From the NCBI GenBank assembly GCA_001643675.2, contig LSRY02000015.1, positions 1,736,001-1,800,000 on the forward strand: DNA of 64,000 nucleotides. The letters run 5' to 3'. A program made the translations under genes and the position numbers. The notes under the pieces were generated by a model. It worked only from the letters and a program-made list of their open reading frames with translations, ran no database searches and was not told the DNA's origin. Below, in pieces: positions 1 to 12,776 of the stretch. The DNA is from Monocercomonoides exilis PA203. Taxonomy: Eukaryota > Protista > Preaxostyla. Numbering within the stretch: position 1 is the first letter of the stretch; each line of letters starts with the position of its first letter.

Positions 1-3000
1 TTGGTTGTGAGCACATCACCCTTTTTGATATATCTGTCTCAGATGCGAATGGAAAGCACAAGGGTTGAGAACATGGTGCTGTCTGTGGTGGTGTTCAGCG
101 AGAAAGAGCCATCTGGAGCTGGAGCATCGAGCTTGGCGAATGTGACGCTGGAGAACATCACGCGCACAGATGGAGATGGGGCTGTTCTCTCTGTCAGTGT
201 GGGCAGAGAGCGTGAGGTTAGTGTGGAAAACACAACGCTGAAGAACTGTGTGTGCACAGGTGGAAACGGGGGAGGGGTGTTTGTTTCTCTGGGGCCTGGA
301 GGCTATGTGGGGATAGGAGGCAATTTGGAAGTGGGGTTTGATGGGTGTTGTGTTCCGTTGGAAGAGGCAGCGAAAAGGAAAGGAGGAGGGGTGTATCTTC
401 TGTGCTCGGGAAGTGATTGGGAGTTCAGTGTGAAAAAGTGCACATTCAGGGAGTGCAAGGCCTGGAAAGGGAGGAACATGTTTGTGGCAGCACCAGACTT
501 GTCGACAGCTGTGAACAGCAGTTCAATCGGATTCAATGCGGAGACCGGGGTAAATAGAGCAGAATTTGATGAGCTGAGTGGGATGGAGAGCAGCAATGCG
601 GGGCTGATTGTCCCACTGGTTCTGTTTCTGCGGGAGTTCCAGCCACCCGCATATGTGGGTGGGAAGGCAGCGGGGCTGGACTTCAGGCTGTGTGGATTTG
701 CAGACTACATGTGCAAAACGATCGGAAGCGCTGGGACATATCGGTTCCCGAACTCGAAGCGGATATTGAGGCTGGCAGAGACATTTGTGTTTGATGAGGA
801 GACGAAGCTGGACAAAGGGCCGTATGAGGTGGATGCGAGCAGCAAAAGCAAGGGAGTGAAAGTGGAGGCAGCAGGACCGAAAGTGCAGGATGCGCTGGTG
901 ATGAGCAGCGTCACAGCCACATTCACGAACATCAGCTTTGAGCTGGGGGCTTCGATCGGCGGCCGCTCGACATTTGTATATTCATCGGCAGGCGATGTGA
1001 AATTCATCGACTGTGCGATTGATGGGGCCAGGGGCGGGAGTGGGGTGGAATACGGGTTTGTGAGTGTGAGTGGAGGGAGCGTGCAGATGCTGAGGGTGAG
1101 CTGTGGAGGCGAGAGAGAAGTGACGTTTGGGAGTTATGTGGTGCTTGTGAATGGAAGCGGGGCCTGCACCGTCGACCAGATGACGATGAACCAGATGAGA
1201 GTTAGCGAGGGCAGAAGTGGGAGCCAAGGGATCATTGAACTGGCAACAAGCAGCCCAACCACAATCCACAACAGCACTATTGCGAATGTTGTGCTGGGGT
1301 CGGGAGGGCTGATCCATTTTGCAGAGGGATCATCGCTGAAGATGAAAAACACATCGTTCATGAGCATTGGCAGGAGCGGTGGAGGCGGGGCGTGCCTGGA
1401 GCTGGATGAAGCGTGCGGGAGGAAGCAGAGTGTGTGGATAGAGAACTGCTCATTCAGCGCCTGCAAAGTGGATGGAGATGGAAGCTGTGGTGGAGGAGTA
1501 TATGCTATGCTGGATGTCTCGAGTGAGCTTCATGTGTCGTCGACACGGTTTGAAGGATGTCAGGCACCCTCAGAAGGCGGGACAAACGGGAAAGGTGGGG
1601 GTTTGCTGTTGAATGTGCTGGATGCAGGTGTGCTGTTTGAGCTGTCAGCAACCCTTGCATTTGAGGCAAACCAAGCGGAATACGGAGCTGACCTGTTTGT
1701 GGCATCTCCTGACCTGAAAGCAAGCGTCACAAAAGAACACATCCTGTTTGCAATTCCGTTGACAGGAAGCACAAGAGCAGCAATGGGGGTGGATTCGAAG
1801 TGGAGCGATCTGACTATTCCGCTGATGTATTATCTGTGTGATGATCCGCCATGCATGCACATGGGGAACGACGGGCATGATGTGGTTGTGTGTGGGCATG
1901 AGCAGTTCCGATGCAAGTGTGTGGACTATGCTGTGAGGAGGGTGATCGGGAAACAGCATGCTCTGGCGTTTGGCGACTCGTATCTGTTTGAAGAGAGCGT
2001 GTCGCTGAGTGCAAGTGAGGGATACGACTTCTGTGGGACAGCTTCGAAGACACGAATGGAGATGGTTGGGAATGAATCGAGCGGGACATGCATGATTGGG
2101 ATTGGCTCGTATGTGAGGTTTTATCAGTTCTTGTGTGTCCTTCCAGCAGCACTGCCACTGGTACAATCAAGCATATTTTTGGTGAGCGGAGACAGAAGCG
2201 AGCTTTGGATCGAAGACTGCTCAGCTGTGTGTGGCTCATCTGCTGGCAGATGCAAGTGTTCGTTTGTGAGTCAGAGCAGCGGGCATCTGTCGATCACTGG
2301 GTTCAGCATCGAGTCTGTTGAGTTTGAGGGGATTTCGTTAATCAGCTCGAACTGCAATGGGGCGAGCATTCTTGACTCGATAAACATGAGCAATGTTCGG
2401 ATCACAGATGCAGACGGGCTTGTTGTGTACACATCAGAGGGTTCGTTCACAGCTGTGAACATGAGTGTGAAGCACTGCAGCAATTCTGTGGGAGGGGTTG
2501 TGTGGGATCGGGAAGGTGGGATGCTGGAAATGAAGAACAGCACATTTGAGGGGATCATGCAGGCAGATGGGAATGGGAGTGTGGTGAATGGGGTTATTGG
2601 GAGCGGAAAGGAGATGAGAATGAGTGATGTTTGGATAGAGGGTTGTGGAACAGCAAAGGGGTGTGGCGGAGGAATGAATGTGGTTGTGGAAGGAACAGGG
2701 AAGGTGAGGATTGGGAGTGGGGATGATGTGACATATGTTGGGGGATGCAGGGCAGGTGGAGAAGGGCGTGTTGGAGGCTATGGAGGGGGGCTTTTGTTGC
2801 GATGTGAGGAAGGTGGAAGAGATTTTGGGATTATTGGGGTGACATTTGGGGTGGATGGCTCTGCAAACGATGCTACGCATGGCGGGAGCAATGTGATGGT
2901 GGAGTGCAAGATTCTGCCGGAAGTGGTGAATGAGGTTTCATTTAATTTCTCATTTGTGAAAGATGTTGGGGACAATCCGAATTTGATCGAGCTGATGGGG

Positions 3001-6000
3001 ATTGAGAACGGAAGGGTTTCAGAGGTGATCCCCATTGTGCCTTTCTTTCGGGAAAAGCCGAGTGTGGGGTATGTGCATGGGGAAAATGGCGGGATGGACT
3101 ATCCGAGCTGCGGATATTCCGACTTTCCATGCTCTTCAGTGCCGTATGCAGGAGCAGCGGTGTTTGGGGCAAGATCAGCAGCGGCATTGCGGCTGATGAG
3201 CACTTTCACGATTCACAAAGAAATGATACTGGATGTGCAGCCAATGGTTATTGACGGAGAAGTGGAAATGGAACGTATTGTGATGAGAGAAGAAAGCGAT
3301 GGAGAAGAAGGAGAAGTTGGAGGAGGAGCGAAAGAATGCTTGGTTGAGACGAAGGAGAAAATCACATTTCGCTCTCTGATGTTTTGTACTTTGTTGTTTG
3401 AGGGATCAGCCCGAACGTGTCTGTTCGTGTGCAGCAATGGTGTTCTGAGATTTGAAGGATGCTCGTTTTGCACAGAGGCAGGAGCATCGAATATGTGCGT
3501 GGAATGTTTGAAGGGGAAAGGAGGAAAAATGGAGCTTGTGAAGTGCAGATTTGAAGAAGTGACAATGAGAGGATGTGGGCTAATTGTTACTGATGGGAGC
3601 GAAGTTGAAGTGGAACTTGATGAAGTGACGATACGAAACACAGGGAGAGAAGACGAAGGGAGTGTGTTGGAGCTGAGAAGAGGAAAGGATGCGAGCATTA
3701 GAAACACGACAATAAAGGAGACGAATTTTGGGAATGGGAACGAGATTGGCGTCTTGGAGGAAATGGGGTTGGAGATGAGGAACAGCACATTGTGCGAGGT
3801 GAGAAGATATGAAGGGAATGGAGGAGTGATGAGTGGGAAAGTGGGGAGTATGAGAGCGTGGGAGATTGAGGACTGTGTGTTTGAGAGGTGTGAGTGCGAA
3901 GCAGATTACACATTTGGAGGAGGGATAATGGTGAGTGTGGGGGATGGGGGGAAGTTTGTGTTTGAGCACAACAAAGTTGACAGATGTGGGGTGCCGTCGG
4001 ACAGCGGAAAGGGGGGAGGGGTGCATGTGGTGTTTGAAACAACAAAGATAGAGTATTCGATGAAGATGAACGAGTTCACAAACAATGTTGCGGAAAAGGG
4101 GGAGGATGTGTTTTTGGTGTGCGACTCGCCTTGGCTGGTGATTCTGCCAGCACTGTGGTATGGATCTGCAACGAACGAAACAGCACAGAAGAAGATGTGG
4201 GTGGCGGAGCTGACAGAGGCGGGAAAGGAAGACTCGATCATCAATTACTTGTTCCCATCGCTGAGTTCATACATGTTTGTGAGTGGCACAGGGAATGCCG
4301 GGGAGAACTGCGGGCTGAGAGAAAACCCGTGTGTGTCTGTGGATGTGGGGTTTGAGCGGCTGAAGGATGTTCATGTGATCATGGAGTTGGAGGGAGCAGC
4401 AAGTGTGGGGAGAGTGATCAACAGGGAGGGAAAGTCGCTGACAATACAAGGGAATGGGGAGAAACAGGAAGTGAGTGTGGAAGAGAGCGGGAAGTTTGAG
4501 CTTGTGCAAGGGGAAGCACTGACATACATGACATTCTCATTTCTTCGGTTTGTGCTCCCCGATGCCTATTCTGGAGCATCTGAAGAACAGTCAGTTGTGG
4601 AAGTCTGTGTTGGGCAGTGCTCATTTGCCGATTGCGCATTTGTGTGCACAGAAAGTGGGACAAACAGCTGTGGGAGATGGATTGTGATTGGGAAAGGTGG
4701 GGTTGTTCGGATGGACAGGACAGAAATCAGTGGGGTTGAATTTGTTGGAGGAGGGGTTGCTGCATGCAGGGGCTGTTGTGTGACTTTTGAGAACAGCAGC
4801 ATTAACAGTGCGGACACAGACGGAAAAGGGATGATTGACGGAAGAGCGGGATCTGATGTTGTGTTGAAAAACACAACTGCAAGGGGATGCAGGACGAATG
4901 CAGGTGCACTGATCACATCGAAAGAGGGATCGCGCCTGAGGATATGTGAGCGCTGTGTTTTTGAAGAGATCAGGACACAGAGCAGCAGGGGTGGATGCGT
5001 GGAGAGCGAAATGGAGGGAGAGGATGCATTTTCAGTGGAGCTGTCATGGATGACGAAGTGTGAGACGGAGAAAGAAAGCGGGAGAGGAGGAGGGATATTC
5101 ATGGGATTGGGGGATGGATGCGCTGGAAACTATCTGCTGTCTGGAATGAAGTTCAAAGGCAACGAGGCACATGAAGGGAATGATTTATTTATCATGTGTC
5201 AGGTGCTGAATGAGAGTGTGAGAGCTGCTCGACTGGCCTTTGAGTATGACGGGGATGATGGGGTTGGAGTTGATATGAAGGGGGTGGACAGAGAGTATTT
5301 TGGAGAGTGTGTAGATCTTCGGCTGTTTGTTGTTGAAAGGAAGACCGGGGAAGTGTATGTGTCTGCAGAAGGGTATGATACAGCAGGGTGCGGAAGCGAG
5401 GCATATGCGTGCAGTACAATTTGGAGCGGAATAGGGCATGTTGATGGAAGCGGGATTGCGGGGGAGGGGAGATTGTGGGTGAAGGACAAAGGAGAAATCA
5501 TGGATTTCTTCGCATTTTCAAGTGCACTGAAGATTGAAGGGCTGGGGAAGGAAGGAGATGAAATACCGCAAAAGGTTATCCGATTTGCAGAGACTATCAG
5601 AGGAAGTGCAGCTATGTCTGTTCTGACATCGAAGGCATCTCTGGTGCTCCAATCATTGAGGATGGAAACACCATCGGCGTTTGAGCCGATGGTGAAATCA
5701 GTTGTGACATCGAGTGGGATTCTTCAGCTGAATAACTGCACATTTGCCATGGAGTCTGGGGCTGTTGTTGAGTATTCGCTAATTGTCACAACAAATGGGA
5801 CATGCTCGATGAGAGGGTGCACTCTGCAAGACTGCATGTTTGGTGTGACTCCATTTTTGATGTCATCTTCTGTGCTGCTTGAAAGCAACAACTTCTCGTT
5901 CATCAAGAACACAGCAGGTGCTGAAGGAGGTGTTGCAAAAGTGGAGCTGAGTGAAGAAGATGAGCTTGTAACCAGATCAACAAATGCATCATTCTGTTTA

Positions 6001-9000
6001 ATCAATGCAGAGAGAGGGAAAGGAGGGTTCCTGTATGTGAATAGCCAAAAGTGCACGAGCGAGAATGGACTTGTCTTCGAAAGTGATGTTGTATTTGGAG
6101 ACAATGTAGCCTGGATGGGGAAGAATGCATTTATCTTGGCAGCAGATCTGAACAGCACAGTGAGAGGAGAAACATTCAGGTTTGATTATTCGACAATGAA
6201 AGATGACAGAACTCTGTTTGTGGGGAGCGATGGAGTCCACACAAATATCGATCTGTTTGTGTTTCTTGTTTCGTACACTTCGAGTGAGGTTTATGTGTCC
6301 AGCGAAGGGTTTGATGTTGCTCGGTGCGGAAACAAGAAAGAGCCATGCAGAACACTGTGGAAAGGCATCAGCCAGGTGAAGGAAGGCGAGGGAGCGAAGG
6401 CGTTGCGAATAGCAGGGTCGACGCCGATACGAGACGCCTTCGATGGATCCAGATATGAGATCGAAAATGCAGAAGCTGGGGGAGAGGCAAGCGGCAAGGC
6501 GGTTTTGCGCTTGGAGAAGGCATATGAAGGGCCACTGGAGTATTTCATCTGCAACAGTGTATCGCTCTCATTGAGGGAGATCAAGGTGCTGATGACAGCA
6601 GGGTTTGAGAGCACAGCAAAGGCAGTTATTTCTAACAAGGGTGGGGAGCTGTGGATAAAAGAATGTGCGTTTCACTCAGAAGCACAGTTGAACAACGGGT
6701 TTGAGTGTGTGTTTGTTGATGTCAATGCTGGGGTGCTTGGCGTGGATGGCTTGTCGATGGACTCGAGTTGTGTGGGCAAAAGTGTTTTGCGGGTTGAGGA
6801 GGTTGGTGTCGAGTGCAACTTATCGAACATGCACATTTCATCGCTAAACGAAACAGGAGGATGTGTGATATCTGTGGGGGAATGTTGTGCCCAGCACAGC
6901 ACAAACGATGGGAAGGCAGCAAGCAGCATGGACATGGAGAACTGTTCGTTTGAGGGGATGAAAAGAAGCGACAAAGAAGCGAGTGTGCTTGTGTCGAAAA
7001 GCGAGAAGGGGATCACAATGAGGATTAGAGACTGCTTGTTTGTGGATGACAAAGCAGAGACAAGCGACAAGGGAGGGGGGATGCTGTTTGGACTGCACAA
7101 AGCAGGAAGGCTTAGCATGGTGAAGACAACGATGAGTCGGTGCAGCTGCGAGAGCAACAGCGGGAAAGGCGGAGGGGTGTATCTGGAGAGCAAAGAAAGA
7201 GGGGCGCTGAGCTTTGTGTTTGAGAAGGTGAGCTTCAGCGCAAACACAGCAGGGGTGGGGAACGACATATTTGTCGAGTGCTACAACATCTCGTGCCAGA
7301 TCAACGAGACTCAGTTCCGCTTCGATCTTCGGGAAGAGAGTTATGCTCGGCTGAATGCGATATATGGGTCGGATGCCACAGAACACACAGGAAGCACGAA
7401 TCTGATAGACTTCATCACAATCCACCAAAGCGACACAATCATCGTGTCAGGCAATAGTGGAGTGGATGAACGGCAGTGTGGCACACGCTTCTCTGCCATG
7501 CAAGTCCATTGACTATGGACTTGCACATCTGACTGCGGACTTCATCAGTCAGATGTTTGTTGATGGGGAGAGTGCGATCAAGGGGGAAGTGGAACTGGAC
7601 GAGATGAGCCTGAGCTCAAGAAGCCGCGATCTGTGCAATGTTGAAGTGGAGTCGAGGATCGAATGCACAAGGGCGAGTGTGATATCGACATCCAACACAG
7701 TGACTATTTCGAGAGTGAGGTTTGTATTTGATATAGAATTTGCATCGTCTCACATTGCACTAGTTGAGCCAGACAGCGGATTGGTGGAAATGGTCAACTG
7801 CTCGTTCAGCTCAAAACACATAGAACCTGCTGAAACTCGTTTGCAAGCACAAATACCGTTTCACATCATTCGGATTGCAGCAGGGAGATGTGTTCTAGAT
7901 GGATGCTGCGTGGAAGATGTTGCACTTTCGGTGGCTGCAATATGCGTTGCATCACCTATCCAATTTGTTGTTTCTTCTTGTGTGTTTTGCAACTTGGCAA
8001 CCAGCGATCCGCTCATTGATGTCACAGGAAGTGGAGAAATTTCTGCGAGTCATCTGGAATTGTCGAATATCACCACCTCAATAAGAGGACTTTCTTTGCT
8101 GTCGTGCTCAGGCGTGAGAAGAAAAATGATACTTAACAATTGCTCGATCAAAAATTCAGCACAAGACAATTCAAGAGGGATGCTCATCACATTGGGCAAC
8201 TGTTCAGACGCGGTGATAGACAGTTGCCTCTTGGATGGGAATTCAAGCGAATGCGATACAAAAGAATCACAAAGAAGGTTATCCAACAAAGTGTTTAATG
8301 AAGTGGAAAATGAAATATGCAGATGGAATGGTTCAGTTGTTGATTTTTCTAGTAGTTCCGTGATGATGAAAGACACAACAATCTGCAACTCCTCAAAGGG
8401 AGGGATGACAGTGAGTGGAGGAAATGTGATGATTGAAAAGGGGGAGTTTGTGAATAATAATCCATCTATTGATAGATATCCATCATTGAGAAGAAATATC
8501 ATCTGTTCAGATTCAGGAACGTTGAATGTGATGAGTTTGAAAGGAGGAGATGGAGTTTTGCCAAACACATCTCTTTGGATTTTGAATGATGGGTGCAGCT
8601 TTGAAGGGATTATTTCTGAAAGGGCATCACCATTCTTCGTCCCAGTGTTAGAGAGTGTCGAAGAAAATGAGAAAGGAGAAGAAGTGGAGGTTGTGTTCAA
8701 AGGAAAGCTGCTGCTGCCTTGCAACTTGTCGTTCATGGTTGTGAAGCAGATAGGTGATGAAAAGCAGATAGAGAAATATGAGTTTAATGAGAGTGAATAT
8801 GCTTCAGAGACAGAAGTCGAAGGGAGACTGAAAAGGGAGATAATTCGTGAGGCAGGAGATGATGCAGAGGTGAGAGTGAGCATTCTGTTTGGGGATAGAA
8901 ATAATCCATCATCAACTGATTCTTTCATTCTGAAGAATAGAAGTGTAACAAAGGCAAAAGGAGATGAAAGGATTGTCGAGGGAGGAAAAGAAGGGAAATC

Positions 9001-10357
9001 GTATTGGTTGTTGATTGTTTGCATTGTGATTGTTGTGATTCTGCTTGTAATTGTTGTTATTCTGGCTGTTCGATGGAGGAAAGTGAAGGAAAGAAATGAG
9101 GAATTGCAAGAGATTGTGAATGATAATATCAGAAAAGATCCGAAGGCATTTGAGATGGTTACGATGGAGATGTCACCTGAGACTCAGTGGAGGAGAGCAG
9201 AAAGAGAAGCTGAGAAGAAGAATGAGGAGAGGATGAAGAAGAGAGTGTATGATACGAACATGCAACATTCAGAATCATCTGAGCATTTGTTGAGTGAGAG
9301 TGGCTCAACTGAATACATTTTGGGAAGAGATTCAGACAAGATCCCTCAATGGATGTTGGAAAAAGTTGATGAAGAAGAGATAAGGAAGAGAACACCATCA
9401 CCATCTATTTCATCCACTTCAACCACATCAACAACTGATTCAGATTCCACTTTTGTTCGAGGAGAAGACCTATGCCCAACAACCTCGTCGATGTCAAATC
9501 TTGTGGATGCAATGGCCTGTTCATCCCCTCATGAGAAATTGATAGTGGATTTGAGGGATTCGCTGTTCATGCTTTTGCATGGAAGGAATGAGAAGAAGGA
9601 GATGGCAATTGGCACTCTTCAGGAGAGGGAGCAGACAGCTGCTCAGATCCTGTTCTGGGTGGCGAATGGGGCACTCCATTCATTTGATGAGATGGAAAAC
9701 AAACTTCAATCCCTTGTCAATTTGAGTCCCCACATTGTGCTGTTCTCCGAGCACATGGTCATCTGCATTGCCATGCACTCAGATTGTTCATCAGACTCAG
9801 ACAGTTCATCCTCCATCTCTTCATCAACAGTCGTGACATCAGCAAGTGATGATGAAAGTGACTCTCTTCCTTCTTCAGCCTTTGAGGATGAAGATGATTT
9901 CAAAAAAGAGTGTTTGCGATGGAAGGCACCTGAGCTGCTGAATGGGACAAAAAAGCATGCGACGAAGAAGACGGTGGTGTTTTCGATAGGGATGATGCTG
10001 TGGGAGTGCCTGACATTGCAGATCCCATTTGGAGATTATGAGGGAGTGGTGGCAGGGCAGAAGATAAAGAATGGGGAGAGGCCAGGAATGGAGAGCATAC
10101 GTGGATCAGAGATGTGCGAAGCGGTGAAAAACGGGTTGGATGGAAATCCAGAAAGGAGAGCATCGTTGATGCAGGTGAAGCGATATCTGGTTGGGCGCTT
10201 GCCATCGGGGTACACGATGGCGACAGTGTCGGATGCAATTGCATATTGCGAAGGGTCGGAGGAATGCGGGTCAGAATACATTGAGCGGAGCGGGGTTATT
10301 GTGAAGCTGCATTCTGGATCTGAAAGCGAAACACAAACAAGAGGGAGCAGTGGATGA
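1..10357 (+). CDS. Giant receptor-like protein, copy A (5' end outside window): repeated Cys-capped beta-helix/Pmp-like modules, single TM helix, cytoplasmic C-lobe-only TK-like pseudokinase
   Basis: ORFs 1..7512 and 7457..10357 join if one T at ~7490 is removed (copy B reads GCTCTCTG where this copy reads GCTTCTCTG). Recurrent YV..G.D...CG-x5-6-C, GGG[VI][YF] and F..N.A motifs. TM YWLLIVCIVIVVILLVIVVILAV-RWRK at ~9001-9080. LRWKAPE and VFSIGMMLWE...PF at ~9915-10030. Confidence 0.85.
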
Positions 10358-12327
10358 AGCATAATGGAGAGTTGGGGACAGCCACAGATGAATCACTTGA
10401 AAAGGAAAAAAAGAAAAGGAAAAAAAATAAGAAAAACGTTGGCATATTTCTCAGAATAAAGAATGATTGGAGATGAACAAAAAATTAAATGGTGCACTAT
10501 TCTTAATTTCGTTGGATTTATCCAAACAAAAAGCGAAGGGCAAAGGCATTTGAAAAAGGCACCATGTTGCTTTTTAATAACTTATTCAAACTCACTTTTT
10601 TGTTTTGTTGAGCAAATTACAGAAAAACTTTTTGTTGAAAGAAAATTTGTGTGTGTGAAAAGGCATTTTCCAAAACTTCTCGCAGGTGTTTTCTGACATT
10701 CGTATCAAAACAACTGCAGACTTTGCAATAATTTTAATCACTGAATTACTTTTTTCTCGGTAATATTGTCTGATTGCATCCTTTGATGCACCATTTCTGT
10801 AATTCTGTGTGTTTTGTGTATATGCATTTATTATTATAATCTTTTTTGTTTCTCAAAAAGATTTGATTGAAGCTTGTTATTTCGAATTTAAAACTATCAT
10901 GATGCCATATCCAATAAGACTTTTTTTATTCCTTTTTAAAATAACTATTCTCTCATATATCTGCTTTTTGTGCCATTGCCAAAGTTAAGCCTTTAAAAAT
11001 GAAATCGAAATAATTGTATGCAATAGTTTCTGCTTAAAATCCTATTTTCTCTCTTGACAATTGCAGATTTTTCGTTTTTCAAGGATGCAAAAAAGTTATT
11101 CAAAATCAAAAAACTTTCAAACAAATTCGAAATATTTGACAATAATCAAAAATAGCAATTAACGTTTATTAAATGGAGATTAGAACATTTTGTTCTTGCG
11201 ATTAAAAAAAATTATTAATTCATTATTTATTAACCACATAAAAAATAATTCCAAATGGAAATATTTGTGCTCATAATAGGGCTCACTTTTTATGGAGCAT
11301 TTCCTTTGTTGACATTATTTATTTATTTTTTGTCTGTTAATTACAGAAAAGAATACAACGGCTTTCAACATATATATAAACATTTCAGACATATCTTCCA
11401 CAATTTATCAACAATTTGTTTTGGTAAAGGGTCACTTATTGACTCCTTCTTATTTTGTACCAATAACTTTAATAGTTTTGATTATTTCATATTTCATATT
11501 GATTTTTGAATTTGGGGTTGTGCGAATATATGGGTGATTGCTTTTGAAATCACATGTTTTCAATCAAATTTTTCGATTTGAAGAATTTTTGAATATTAAT
11601 GAACGAACAATGAAAAGTGATTTCACCTTTTCGTGATAATTTTATCATTAACAAATCACAATCAATGATTTTTGAAACAATTATTATTCATTCAACATTC
11701 GAATAGTTAAGTTCTTGTCAAAGACGAAATACATTTATTTATACAACTTTTCGAAAATAGGAAAGATTTCTAAAATAATCGCACACATATCAAAATGCCT
11801 TTGGATCAATAAATCTGATTTTTATGGAAACTTATAAAAGTATCAATCTTCAGAATGGATTGAGCTTAAAACCCTCGTCAGCCTTCAAACATTTATCAAC
11901 GATTTCATTGTTCGAATGATTAGTAATTTCTTTATGCAGGGTCAGTAATTTATCGGTACCCAAAAAATTAATCGGGACCTAAAATTTCTGGCTCCCAAGA
12001 GCACTTTTAGAAAAAAATAAAATAACAGAAACTCTTCAAAATATTTTTATTTTCTTTTCCTGAAAATATTTTATTTTTTTTATTTTTGTATTTTTGTGAA
12101 AAGATCAAGAATATTTTGTTTTATTTTTAAGATCAAAGGCTTGCCGGTGGAAGCACAAGCTTCTTGTTTTGAGTGTTCTGAGTGTTGTAATTATTAATTG
12201 ATTTCACTTTTTTATGCTTTTGGCTATTTTTTGAAAAGGATACTTCGACTTTTTTTTATCCATTTTATGATATATTAATTAAATTAAAAAGAACAGTTAC
12301 GTTTGTGATTGTTGAAAGCGTTATTTT
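1..12327. repeat. Left arm of a large inverted duplication (may extend beyond the window start)
   Basis: Position 1 (TTGGTTGTGAGCAC) pairs with 25105. Mirror ORFs 11255..11509 and 13595..13849 encode identical peptides. Identity ends at ...GAAAGCGTTATTTT, 12327. Confidence 0.97.
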
Positions 12328-12776
12328 GAGCAGAGACATTAATATTGTTACCAAATAAATGTCTTTAATATTAAGGAAAATTTTCATAATGAATCATAGT
12401 GATTACAATTCATATATACTTGTTTTTGATTTTTGTTGAATCATTTTCTTCAAATTTCACTGTTTGATTACAGAATTTTTTGTGATGAGTATCACAATCA
12501 TGAACAATATTTTTTGCAATGTGAAAAATCATGAGTGATAGTTTATGAAATCATGTATTTTTTCTGGTTAATGTGTTATTTTCTTATTCACAGTTGTTTA
12601 CAAAAGAATTTTCTAAAAATTGTTTCATGCATTTAATACATTGTCTTTCAAATTTTCGTTATCACAGAAAGACAGATACGTGAATAATAGATGTTTCCTA
12701 AAACATATGATTGATAACAAAGAATCTGTGAAAAAACGATTATTCGAATATTAGAATGGAAGAAAAATGAAATTAA

